Positions 1-8,795 of a DNA stretch of 64,000 bases are shown piece by piece (position 1 is the stretch's first letter; each line of letters starts with the position of its first letter). The stretch covers positions 1 to 64,000 of the IMG/VR virus record IMGVR_UViG_2974624810_000001; one strand, written 5' to 3'. A program made the position numbers and the translations under genes. This stretch comes from a virus. Lineage: Duplodnaviria; Caudoviricetes. The notes under the pieces are model-generated. The model searched no databases. It was not told where the DNA came from and saw nothing but the letters and a program-made list of their open reading frames with translations.

Positions 1-779
1 GTGGGGGATATATCGAAGGTTTCGTAAGCATTATCCCCCACATTCTAAGGTCTAGCAGGCATCTGGCCCCCAATTCGAAGGCAAATAGACCTCAGAAGCA
101 TCGAAATTCTGCCCCCAAAATGCCTCAAAAACAGGAAAAATCACGATATTTCACCCTCAAAACGGACATTTTGCCCTTAAAATGGCCCAAAATCCTGCAA
201 TTTTGACAAGCATTCGTAAAGAGACCTGGATTCAAGGGGAATCGGGCGGCAATCCATCAAATCTAGCCATCATATCCCCCGAAAATTAGGCATTCTTCGT
301 AAATGGCCCCAACATTCGAAGGTTAATCAGGCTCAGAAGCCTATGAATCGCAGATGCGTTCTTACGAATCTAAGGAAGGGTGTCGATTCTCCCTATATAC
401 ACAACCATAGAATGATATTGAAAAACCCGGCAATCTGAAGAAGCCTTCGTAAATGAACTAGGTAGGTATCCATATATTATAGGGAGGGTATCAGTGTATT
501 GTATATAGGGGACAAGGGCACCTACGACTGCCGGGCCAATAATTTGTCAGTCATGTATATAGCAGAAAGGCACCCCGAAGGGTGCCTATTTTTATGAACT
601 CAAAATCTCTGCAAAAATCTTCAAACTCCCCAGAATTTCAGCCTTGACTTAAAGGGCAAAATCCCTGGAAAATTTGAGGCTCATCGTAAACGGGAAAAAT
701 TCGGACATAGGGGACAAATCAACGTCCAGATGGATAGTCATTATGTTAGTTAGCCTAGCTAAGGTGTCCGCCCCGGACA

Positions 780-870
780 TTGAAAGGTCCCCAGGGAGAG
801 GCCGACCTTCCTCTAATTAAGCCCTTGCCAGAATGACTGATAGGGCCCCTGGGGACACACTTTGTACTAC
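780..870 (-). ncRNA. Candidate small structured RNA (three-way junction)
   Basis: Own promoter at 905-877 and no ORF. Helices 787-796/847-856, 797-801/810-814 and 821-825/842-846. Confidence 0.5.
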
Positions 871-917
871 TCTTCTATGTTAGCAAGGCAGTGTTACCTT
901 GTCAACATCACTTTAGG

Positions 918-1127
918 TCACCATTCCAGCTCGTCTTCCACGCAGTAGTGGGACACGAACGGAACGACCCATCGGGTATTGAGAAGATGACCCCTCTCCG
1001 TCCACAGAGTCAGAGTTGCAGTCTTGGAATCGAACTCGATTCCCTTTCCGCCTCCCTGAATGTTATCGAAGATGAGTTCCCTTCGGACTCCCTCTTCCAG
1101 AACGATTACGGTTACCCTGTGAGTCAT
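918..1127 (-). CDS. hypothetical protein
   Basis: 69-aa ORF with AAGGGG RBS. Confidence 0.7.
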   Translation of the reverse strand: MTHRVTVIVLEEGVRRELIFDNIQGGGKGIEFDSKTATLTLWTERGHLLNTRWVVPFVSHYCVEDELEW

Positions 1128-1136
1128 TGCTTCCCC

Positions 1137-1313
1137 TTACACCGGCTCGTTCGGAATGATTACCTCGGTGTTGTCAGCGTTTCGGTAAACCGAGCAGTGA
1201 CCACAGAGAGGTGTCTCAACTTCGTTCAGGTTGAAGGTGCCGATGGCCCTGCGAGCGAAGCAACCTTCGCAGTCTTCGTTCTCTTCCGGACCGAAGGCCA
1301 TGACCATCGCCAT
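1137..1313 (-). CDS. small CxxC...CxxC zinc-binding protein (58 aa, not in ORF track)
   Basis: Manual translation MAMVMAFGPEENEDCEGC...LCGHCSVY...EPV*. RBS AAAGGGG, promoter at 1337. Confidence 0.7.
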   Translation of the reverse strand: MAMVMAFGPEENEDCEGCFARRAIGTFNLNEVETPLCGHCSVYRNADNTEVIIPNEPV

Positions 1314-1439
1314 GTCTTTCCCCTTTCGTTGATACGAGTCTAGCAGACTACGAGGACACCTGTCTACCCTGCCGGGCGATTGTCCGCCCCGGCCAAAATC
1401 CCCCTAAACCCTTTCGGGCTAGGGGGATTGGCGTGCCGC

Positions 1440-2462
1440 TTACGCGGCCTGAGCGAACTCCTGAACCGTCTTCAGGATTGCGTTCTTCTTGGCGTTGATG
1501 ACCGGGTCGAAGCCCGAAGCCGCAATGAACAGGTTGTCGACGTTGCCACCACGGGGCATCCGGTACCAGTCCTGAACCTCAGTGAAGGCGTTCAGTGCAC
1601 CGGCAGCGGTACCCTGGAGAGACTGAGTCGTCTTCGGACCATCACCCGTGTCGGTGAAAATGCCCATGTGGATGTCACGCTTCGACTCCCACTTGACCAT
1701 GCTGCCCTTGACGTCCTTCTCAGGCTTGGGGTACAGCGTGTTGAACAGGGTGTCGAAGTCGTCCTTCGAAACCGGAACGTTGGCCAGTTCGGTCATGACG
1801 CGCTCGAACTCATCCGCGTAGGCGAACGTGATGTTCAGCGCCTCACGAGCCGCAGCCATGCGACCCTCGATGGTCTGAGTGTGACGCATCTTGAACGTCT
1901 GCTTTACGTTGCCACGCAGAGCGAAGTTCAGCGTGTTCTGACAGACGACACGCACGGGCGTGATGCTTGCCTGAACTGCCACGCTTCCGTCGTGAGAGGT
2001 GTTGACCAGCAGATACAGCTTGGTCACGTCGTCGTCACCGATGACGATGTCACGAGAGATGGACAGAGAACCGAAGACCACGCGACCGTCACGGATGCTG
2101 CCCGCAGTCTCCCACGTGCCACCACCTGCGAGGATGCCGTCACCGAAGCCGAACAGCTCTTCGTTCTGGACGACCTTGTAACGCTCGCCCACGGTGGCCA
2201 GAACGTCGTTCTGACCGGTGGTGAAGGGGTTGTCACGAACGACCATGAACGGCTCCGTGACGAAGTTGTACGAGTCGGAGAGCATGCCCACGACGTCCTT
2301 CACGGACTCCAGGCGGACGTTCCAGCCCTTCAGGTGGGCCAGCGTCAGCATCTCGTCGGTGGTCAGCTCACCATCGAAGACGGTTCCGAGCTGGTGCCAC
2401 GCGGGCTCGCTGCGAGTGGCGAACGCGACCTGACCCTTGGAACCAATCTCAAGACCGTGCAT
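1440..2462 (-). CDS. DUF932 (phage/plasmid TIGR03299-like) protein
   Basis: Motifs PAWHQLG, Y..VQN.E.F.F, LL.NTSHDGS and TPVRVVCQNTL. Confidence 0.85.
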   Translation of the reverse strand: MHGLEIGSKGQVAFATRSEPAWHQLGTVFDGELTTDEMLTLAHLKGWNVRLESVKDVVGMLSDSYNFVTEPFMVVRDNPFTTGQNDVLATVGERYKVVQNEELFGFGDGILAGGGTWETAGSIRDGRVVFGSLSISRDIVIGDDDVTKLYLLVNTSHDGSVAVQASITPVRVVCQNTLNFALRGNVKQTFKMRHTQTIEGRMAAAREALNITFAYADEFERVMTELANVPVSKDDFDTLFNTLYPKPEKDVKGSMVKWESKRDIHMGIFTDTGDGPKTTQSLQGTAAGALNAFTEVQDWYRMPRGGNVDNLFIAASGFDPVINAKKNAILKTVQEFAQAA

Positions 2463-2598
2463 TTTTGCCTCCTAGGCAGATTGGTGTAAGGGCCGGTTTC
2501 CCTGCCCTTCGATGTCTCTAGTCTAGCAGTATCAAGGGGTCGTTGTCTACCGGTCGAAATTTGTCCGGCCCGGACAGGGGCCCGAAGGCCCCTGAAGG

Positions 2599-3039
2599 TC
2601 AGAACCGAGCACCAACACCCGAACCGTCCAAACACTGAACGATGTGCTTTGCAGTGCGCAGGTCGATGGTCGGGAAGTTCTGTCGCAGGTGCTTGATGCA
2701 CTGAATCTTGCGCTCCAGGTCGTAGTGGCTGAACTCCGCGTTGGCCCAGATGGTCGCACGCGTCACCAGTTCCGTGTGCGCGTTGTCCGCCTCGAAGAAG
2801 TGCAGTCGCTCACCGTGAGCCTTGCCCTGCTTGTAGCCGTCCTCGAATGCGGCTTCCACGCGCTTGTCGGCCTCCTTGCGGGCCACGTCCCAGATGTTGT
2901 TCTCCACCTCGTTGAGCCGGTTCAGGTGGGCCTCGTAGATGATGCTGGCCACCTCGAACGCCTTCTTCAGGCTCATCTTGATGCCGTTGTTGTGGAAGAT
3001 GCGCACGAGACGGTCCGTGTCGAAGTCGAAGATGCCCAT
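2599..3039 (-). CDS. hypothetical protein with C-terminal ribosomal L7/L12-CTD-like motif
   Basis: KIQCIKHLRQNFPTIDLRTAKHIVQ resembles the L7/L12 pattern KI..IK..R......L..AK..V. Confidence 0.6.
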   Translation of the reverse strand: MGIFDFDTDRLVRIFHNNGIKMSLKKAFEVASIIYEAHLNRLNEVENNIWDVARKEADKRVEAAFEDGYKQGKAHGERLHFFEADNAHTELVTRATIWANAEFSHYDLERKIQCIKHLRQNFPTIDLRTAKHIVQCLDGSGVGARF

Positions 3040-3175
3040 GGAATCCTCCAGTGTCTCTAGGGGGCGTTTCCCCCTTTCGATAGCTCAAGTCTACAGGAAC
3101 AGTGAGGCAGATACAAGCCCAAAGCTAAAGTGTCCGGCCCGGACGCCGGGCCCTTTTGTCAAGGGCCCGGTAGTC

Positions 3176-3511
3176 TCAGGGGTTTGTATTCCCCCTTTTC
3201 AGTATGATTTGGTCGATGACGAACTTTGCATCCATCACTCGATTGTACTCAGCATCCGAACGGCTTTCCTTTCTGCCTGCCCATGCGTTGAACAGAGAGA
3301 TTGCGAATTGCCAGAAAGCCTCCTGTACAGGCTCAGGGTAGGTAGAGACGAGATAGGCGAATGCGTGAAAGTCGAATGAACGCTTATCGAATTCATTGAC
3401 CAGCTTATTCGCCAGACGCTCATAGGAAGTCGGTCGTGGATTTACGAGCCTCGCACCCTCATACATGTCAGGTACGATTAGGCTTGTGCGATGGAAGGGA
3501 CTACGCGTCAC
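3176..3511 (-). CDS. hypothetical protein
   Basis: ORF, with GTG start chosen from the GGGGGAGAGG RBS. Confidence 0.65.
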   Translation of the reverse strand: MTRSPFHRTSLIVPDMYEGARLVNPRPTSYERLANKLVNEFDKRSFDFHAFAYLVSTYPEPVQEAFWQFAISLFNAWAGRKESRSDAEYNRVMDAKFVIDQIILKRGNTNP

Positions 3512-3665
3512 CCTCTCCCCCAAAGTCCTTTGTGGTGCCGTAGCCGTCTGAGACGCTGACAGACAGACCTAGCACCTTTGCCATGAACTCAGCCGTAGCT
3601 GTGGCAAAGGGCCAGGCACTGTCGTGAGCGTCATCATCGGGCGTGTCGATTTCGATGATGACCAT
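3501..3665 (-). CDS. hypothetical protein (54 aa, not in ORF track)
   Basis: Manual translation MVIIEIDTPDDDAH...GEGDA*. Fills the gap after Lsr2 and has an RBS. Confidence 0.6.
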   Translation of the reverse strand: MVIIEIDTPDDDAHDSAWPFATATAEFMAKVLGLSVSVSDGYGTTKDFGGEGDA

Positions 3666-3674
3666 GCCTCTATC

Positions 3675-4196
3675 CTATCGCGCGTGAATCTCTACGTCCA
3701 TCCCCAGCACCACGGGCGAGCCGCACGAGCAGTGGGACAGGCTGTAACCGCACTTGCACGCCTCACGCTCCGAGAGAATGAGACGCTTGCCACGGTACCA
3801 AGCGATGTACTCGGTACGGTGCGAACGGGTGGGGGCAGCGTGCGGACGAACGTCCTTACCGGTCACCTTGACGTGAACACCGGGCGCAGCGGGCTTGACT
3901 TCCGGGTTGTCAGCCTTGTAAGCGGCCAGAACCTCAGCGGAGAGACGCCCACGGGCCGAAACGGTCATGCCCTTGGATGCGGCCCACGCACGGACCGCCT
4001 TCGCATCGAACTGGCCAGCCTTCGGAGCGGCCTTGACGGCAGCACGCTTGACCGGTGCCGCAGCGTCAGAGAAGACCATGCCCTTACCCTCAGCCTCAGC
4101 GATGGCGTCATACGCAGCCTTGGACATACGCCCACGGGCGTCCTTTGCGAGGCCCAGCGAAACAGCGTACGCGCGACGGGTCATGTTGGCAGACAT
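3675..4196 (-). CDS. lsr2: Lsr2-like DNA-binding protein with two RGR-type modules and a Cys-rich tail
   Basis: AKAVRAWAASKGMTVSARGRLSAEVLAAY is the Lsr2 C-terminal domain. An N-terminal RAYAVSLGLAKDARGRMS repeats the pattern. Confidence 0.85.
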   Translation of the reverse strand: MSANMTRRAYAVSLGLAKDARGRMSKAAYDAIAEAEGKGMVFSDAAAPVKRAAVKAAPKAGQFDAKAVRAWAASKGMTVSARGRLSAEVLAAYKADNPEVKPAAPGVHVKVTGKDVRPHAAPTRSHRTEYIAWYRGKRLILSEREACKCGYSLSHCSCGSPVVLGMDVEIHAR

Positions 4197-4318
4197 TTGG
4201 GGTTCCTTCCCTCGGTGATGTCTCTAGTCTACGGCATTGAAGGGGGCAGCGTCAACACGTAAAAATGTCCGCAATGTCCGATTTGCCGGTTGTCCGCCCC
4301 GGCCCGAAGGCCCTAGCG

Positions 4319-5059
4319 TCAAGCCTTTCGACGCTTAGGAACCTTGGACGCGAAACGAATGTCAGCCTTGCCAAAGACGCAAAGGCCACATGTTACACAC
4401 GCACCACCCTTTTCGGTAATGAGGGGAATGCGCTTGGCATTCTCAGGGCAGATAGCGCCAGGCTTACCAGTTTCGGTAAGCATGAATTCCTTACCCTTTT
4501 CATGTGTCTCTGCCAGATAGGCCAGATGCACATCCCTGTACGTGTCTCGTGTGTACAGTGCAGCATCCTCATTTTCACTGTCTACGCTGAGATAGACTGC
4601 GAGATTGGGAATGCCATTGATATAGGACACGTACTCGAAAGAACGCGTGTAAATCCAGAATTGCACGTCAGGGAATGCAAAGGCGGTGATGTTGATTGCC
4701 ATCGCATAATCCGCAGAAAAGATATCCCCATCTGCGTGCCAGCGGAAAAGCTTTTCGACATCTCGCTTTTCACATTCGTCCACGAATTCGCCAACCATCT
4801 CTCCCAAGAGGGAAACCATGTCGGCATAGGAAGCGTCTTTCAACAGCTCCCAATTGTGCAGAACAAGGGCGCGGTAGGCAGGGTATTGCCTTTCCAGCTT
4901 ACCGGCATAGCAGACGGTCTCACAGACCTTTGTCGCGCCAGGGCAGGAATACTCCGTTCCGCTCGGAAGGGAAAAGGCATTGGCGATAAGCGGATTGGTG
5001 CCAGCCTTGTTGGACAGGTTGGCAGTCTTACGGTCCTTAGTCCTCTTGAGTGCAGCCAT
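4319..5059 (-). CDS. GP88-like Cys-rich (putative Fe-S) protein
   Basis: Motifs SCPGATKVCETVCYA, FRWHADGD, FWIYTRS and C-terminal CP...CVTCGLC. Confidence 0.65.
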   Translation of the reverse strand: MAALKRTKDRKTANLSNKAGTNPLIANAFSLPSGTEYSCPGATKVCETVCYAGKLERQYPAYRALVLHNWELLKDASYADMVSLLGEMVGEFVDECEKRDVEKLFRWHADGDIFSADYAMAINITAFAFPDVQFWIYTRSFEYVSYINGIPNLAVYLSVDSENEDAALYTRDTYRDVHLAYLAETHEKGKEFMLTETGKPGAICPENAKRIPLITEKGGACVTCGLCVFGKADIRFASKVPKRRKA

Positions 5060-5174
5060 GACGTTCCCTTCGCTTGACGTAAGACGAGTCTAGCAGACTT
5101 GGAGGACGTAAACAACCCTTTGAAATGTCCGATATGCCCGATGTCCGTCCCGGACAGGCCCGAAGGCCAGTCGG

Positions 5175-5450
5175 TTAATGATTTTCCGGGTGACAGCAAT
5201 TCTTTCCGTCGCAGTCACAGGGCATGTCATGCGCTCCGAAATCACAGCACATACAGTCCATGATAATTACCGAGCGATGCGAAGCGTATGAGATTACATT
5301 CTCTCGCTGCGTTGCCTCGTTGAAGAAATGCACCATTCGCTTTCCGTTGTGAGTGCCAATGTTGCGAGTGATGTGACCAGTCATGTAGTATCCGTTATCG
5401 AAACGGATACGCTCGTGGACGCCGATTTCCGAAAAGGGCTTACGCAGCAT
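5175..5450 (-). CDS. hypothetical protein, Cys-rich C-terminus
   Basis: ORF, with ATG at 5450 and AGGAG RBS. Confidence 0.65.
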   Translation of the reverse strand: MLRKPFSEIGVHERIRFDNGYYMTGHITRNIGTHNGKRMVHFFNEATQRENVISYASHRSVIIMDCMCCDFGAHDMPCDCDGKNCCHPENH

Positions 5451-5748
5451 TGCGCTCCTCCGAACGACTGTAGGGAAGTTCCTTGTTACGAACGATGGTA
5501 GCGAGAGAGACGGCTTGAATGGTCTTGATTCCAAGGAGCCAAGCGGCTACAACTCGGTGCTGACCATTGTACACACAGCCATTCTGGAAATTGATAGGCA
5601 TGTGAATACCCTCACGCTGTACGGACTCAATGAATGCCGGGCTCATTTCGTCCAGAAGACGAGCAAAAAGGTCCATGGTCGACTCGCCATCCTCACGGTC
5701 GGCAAAGTCAGCACGGGCCACGATTGCGTCAATGCTCAGCGTCTTCAT
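5440..5748 (-). CDS. standalone ParB/Srx N-terminal domain protein (leaderless)
   Basis: SVQREGIHMPI...VYNGQHRVVAA. The -10 lies 6 nt before the ATG. Confidence 0.75.
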   Translation of the reverse strand: MKTLSIDAIVARADFADREDGESTMDLFARLLDEMSPAFIESVQREGIHMPINFQNGCVYNGQHRVVAAWLLGIKTIQAVSLATIVRNKELPYSRSEERNAA

Positions 5749-5841
5749 GTCTGTAGTCTAACAGACCAGACAGACAGGCACAAGCCTTTTTCAAAAAGTG
5801 TCCGGCCCGGACATGACTGAGGCCCCCGAAGGGGCCGGTAG

Positions 5842-5901
5842 TCAGAAAAGAATGAGCAGAACGAACAGGGCTACAATGAGCCAGACGTACCTATCAGGCA
5901 T
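5842..5901 (-). CDS. 19-aa hydrophobic micropeptide
   Basis: MPDRYVWLIVALFVLLILF* with GGGAGG RBS. Ends at the cassette hairpin. Confidence 0.5.
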   Translation of the reverse strand: MPDRYVWLIVALFVLLILF

Positions 5902-5971
5902 TCTCACTCGCCTCCCGATACCAAGCATAGTGCGTGTAGAGATAGAAGTGAAGCCATTCCACGAAGTACAT
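5894..5971 (-). CDS. 25-aa aromatic micropeptide
   Basis: MYFVEWLHFYLYTHYAWYREASENA* with AGGAG RBS. Confidence 0.45.
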   Translation of the reverse strand: MYFVEWLHFYLYTHYAWYREASENA

Positions 5972-5978
5972 GACACTC

Positions 5979-6278
5979 CTAGAAGAGTTCGGGTCCGGAC
6001 TCGCTGTCTTCCGTCCAGTCCTCAGTATACTCGATGAACTCGACGTTCAACAACCACGCGATAAGAACTCGGTGGTGTCCGTTGAAAACGGTGTTCGACT
6101 CCACCATGTAGATGATGGGGTCAAGGATGCCCTTGGAGCAAGATTCAACAAACTCAGGGTTTCCCTCAAAGAGGTCGTTGAACTTCTCTTCGAACATCTG
6201 CCAGGTGGTGTGACCCTTGGCCTCAGCATCATTGAAGATAGCCGACTCAATCAGCTTCGCAACAGATACCTTGGCCAT
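5979..6278 (-). CDS. standalone ParB/Srx N-terminal domain protein (second paralog)
   Basis: SKGILDPII...VFNGHHRVLIAWLL. Confidence 0.75.
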   Translation of the reverse strand: MAKVSVAKLIESAIFNDAEAKGHTTWQMFEEKFNDLFEGNPEFVESCSKGILDPIIYMVESNTVFNGHHRVLIAWLLNVEFIEYTEDWTEDSESGPELF

Positions 6279-6389
6279 GTCGCCCTCCTTGGCTTGATAG
6301 GTCTAGTCTACATGCCTACAAGGGCTGTGTCTAGTGCCGGGCCAAATTGTCCGGGGCGGCCAAATGGGGCCCCGGAGGGCCCCATTGGG

Positions 6390-6662
6390 TCAGTCTTCGC
6401 TGGTGTCCTTCTGGCTCACCAGCTTCGCACGGCCGAGCAGAGATGCGTCGGCCTCCTTCCACTTCTTGACCGGCTTGCCGACTCGCACACGGGGGAATCG
6501 AGCGATGATGGCACGCGCACGGGTCTCGTCCGCCTCCAGGATGTCGAACCGCTGGAAGGGGGCACGGGTGGCGATGGGGCCGAACTCGATGTCCACCCCC
6601 TGGACAATCATGGCCACGCGGAGGGAGAGGGCGTCACGGACGGGAACGATACCGGCAATCAT
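6390..6662 (-). CDS. hypothetical protein
   Basis: 90-aa ORF with AGGAG RBS. Confidence 0.7.
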   Translation of the reverse strand: MIAGIVPVRDALSLRVAMIVQGVDIEFGPIATRAPFQRFDILEADETRARAIIARFPRVRVGKPVKKWKEADASLLGRAKLVSQKDTSED

Positions 6663-6789
6663 GTGAACTCCTGAGAGTCGAAGTAAGCTGGGGTATTCAG
6701 TTATCAGAGACTTTGGCAGGAAGGGAAAAACCTCGTTTTGCGAGGCCCGTTGGCCTGTCCCCTTGTGCTACTCACTCTATCAGGCTGAC

Positions 6790-6927
6790 CTAGTTGCAGT
6801 CAACCAGGTACTCAGGCTCGTCGTCCTCATCCGGAACGGTCCAGATGTCCGCCAGCCATCCGCTACGGATGACGCCGGTCGGCTCGTCCTCGACCTTTTC
6901 GACGTTCTTGCCAAGTCGGACGCCCAT
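6790..6927 (-). CDS. hypothetical acidic protein
   Basis: ATG at 6927 with GAGGAG RBS, promoter at 6974. Confidence 0.6.
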   Translation of the reverse strand: MGVRLGKNVEKVEDEPTGVIRSGWLADIWTVPDEDDEPEYLVDCN

Positions 6928-7064
6928 GATGGTCTCCTCTCGTTGGAAGGTTTCCCTCCCTCTCGATGTTCTAAGTCTACACGAAGGATGCGACAGACAC
7001 AACACCCAACATTGTTAGCCTTGCTAAGTGTCCGGGGCGGACACGCCCCCGAAGGGGCGCACCG

Positions 7065-7256
7065 TCAGTCTCCCATGTCGTCCAAGTGGGAGTCGTCGAA
7101 CTCGTCGAAGTCGTCGTCTTCCAGACGCTCGTCAGGCTCGAATTCCTGGAAGGTGTCTTCGAAGATGACCAGCCATGCCAGCCCGAACTTTTCTTCGGGG
7201 TTGCAGATGCCAGTGTGCATCTCGCCGACGTTCGCCTTGCATTCCATGCACTGCAT
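7065..7256 (-). CDS. hypothetical protein (CxxC, very acidic tail)
   Basis: ORF. Confidence 0.65.
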   Translation of the reverse strand: MQCMECKANVGEMHTGICNPEEKFGLAWLVIFEDTFQEFEPDERLEDDDFDEFDDSHLDDMGD

Positions 7257-7257
7257 G

Positions 7258-7473
7258 TCAGACTCCGTCCCACTTGACAGCCACGAACATGTCCACGTTG
7301 TTGACCATGATGGCCAGTCGCGTACCGTTCTTGTCGGTCAGGTTGAACACTTCCTGCTCGCTGTACACGGCATCGTTCCATGCCGTGTTGATGGCATCGG
7401 GAGTCGTGTCCAGAATGTACGCGTCCAGACTGTTGTCACGGCCCTTGAAGTAGAGCTTGACCCTGACGCCCAT
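7258..7473 (-). CDS. hypothetical protein
   Basis: ORF with RBS and promoter at 7519. Confidence 0.7.
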   Translation of the reverse strand: MGVRVKLYFKGRDNSLDAYILDTTPDAINTAWNDAVYSEQEVFNLTDKNGTRLAIMVNNVDMFVAVKWDGV

Positions 7474-7593
7474 GACACATCCTCTCTTCCGGGAGTTTTT
7501 CTCCCTTTCGATGCTCTAACTCTACACGACTATGCTGACATGCGCAAGGTGTCCGGGCCGGTCACCGGGCCCCGAAGGGCCCGGCAGGGAAGG

Positions 7594-7878
7594 TTACTTC
7601 TTCACCTTGGCACGCTTGTTGCTGTGGTTACCGTTCATGAGAGCGGTGAAGTCCAGCATGATGTTCTGCTTGAAGTTGGTCGCTCCGTGGAACTTGCCGT
7701 CCTGGTCACGGATGACGATGCGAACCTCGGTGTTGTCGCTGCCCGGAGTGGTCTTCCAGGTCTCCAGACGGATGCTGTAGGTGGACTTGGAGCCCTTGAC
7801 CTTGAAGCCCTCGGAGATGGCGACGGAGGAAACGATGTTCTTGAACTCGACGTCGGTGGCCTTGGCGAGAGTGACCAT
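7594..7878 (-). CDS. hypothetical protein
   Basis: ORF with AAGGAG RBS and promoter at 7933. Confidence 0.75.
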   Translation of the reverse strand: MVTLAKATDVEFKNIVSSVAISEGFKVKGSKSTYSIRLETWKTTPGSDNTEVRIVIRDQDGKFHGATNFKQNIMLDFTALMNGNHSNKRAKVKK

Positions 7879-8021
7879 GAAAGGCTCCTTAGAGTCTTAG
7901 CTTGGGGTTCCTTCCCCCTTGCTGATAGCTAAAGTCTACACGACTCCAGGGACAAGTACAAGCCCTCAATATGTCCAAATTGCCCGTTGTCCGGGCCGGG
8001 CAGCCCCGAAGGGCCTCCCAG

Positions 8022-8348
8022 CTAATCAGCGAGGATTGCAGCCAGACGCTCACGCTGTGCACGGTCATGCGCACCGGAACGACTGCTGTATTCCTGAAAC
8101 TCACTCACCGTGTCGATGGTGAAGTGTCCGTTTTCGTCCAGCTTGGCCACACGAACGGTGTAGCGTCGGGCGTAGTCGTCGTTACGCTCAGAGGTAACGA
8201 AGAACATTTCCTTTCCCTGAAGAGTGCTGTAGCAGATGTCCGAAATGCGCGAGTTCCACCAACGCATGGTCGAACCGCTGAAGAAGTGGTTACCCTGCTC
8301 CTGAGCGATGGCCTTGGCGTCTTCGATGGAAAACAGAACGTCACGCAT
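8022..8348 (-). CDS. hypothetical protein
   Basis: ATG at 8348 with GAGG RBS, promoter at 8378. Confidence 0.75.
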   Translation of the reverse strand: MRDVLFSIEDAKAIAQEQGNHFFSGSTMRWWNSRISDICYSTLQGKEMFFVTSERNDDYARRYTVRVAKLDENGHFTIDTVSEFQEYSSRSGAHDRAQRERLAAILAD

Positions 8349-8465
8349 GTTGTGTTCCTCTCGCTTGGTGTAAGTAGAGTCTAACACAGTACAAGGGCTC
8401 TGCACAACACCTACCGGGCCTTTTTGAAAATGTCCGACCCGGACAGGGCCCGAAGGCCCTGCCGG

Positions 8466-8795
8466 TTAGGTCAGCTTGGCCAGAAGGGCACTGATGTCAT
8501 GCCTCAACTCAGCCTCGGAACGCATGCCACGCTCCTCCTTCAACTGACGCTCGAAGTAGGCACGCAGCTCGGTCTTGTTGTAGGGTCCGTACACACCCTT
8601 GTCGTCGGTGTAGTTGATTTTCTCGAAGGGCGACGGGCAGGAACAACCGGAGTCGCTTGCCACGTAGTACCGGCCTCGGGTTTCCTTCCACACCATCGTG
8701 ATGTTGAACTGCCAGGACTCATGGTCCCAATCGAAGGAGTCGACGTAGGTCAGGCTGTCCAGCGAAACGCGCTTGGGCTTCGAAAGGTCAGTCAT
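8466..8795 (-). CDS. hypothetical phage protein (DSGCSCPSPFE motif)
   Basis: ORF with GAGGAGG RBS. Confidence 0.75.
   Translation of the reverse strand: MTDLSKPKRVSLDSLTYVDSFDWDHESWQFNITMVWKETRGRYYVASDSGCSCPSPFEKINYTDDKGVYGPYNKTELRAYFERQLKEERGMRSEAELRHDISALLAKLT

Noticed and set aside
787-856. Hammerhead ribozyme
   Set aside because: It is a three-way junction, but the CUGANGA and GAAA core sequences are not at the junctions on either strand.
8436-8443. TraB clt-type octamer GACCCGGA
   Set aside because: Single occurrence inside one palindrome variant, so chance is sufficient.
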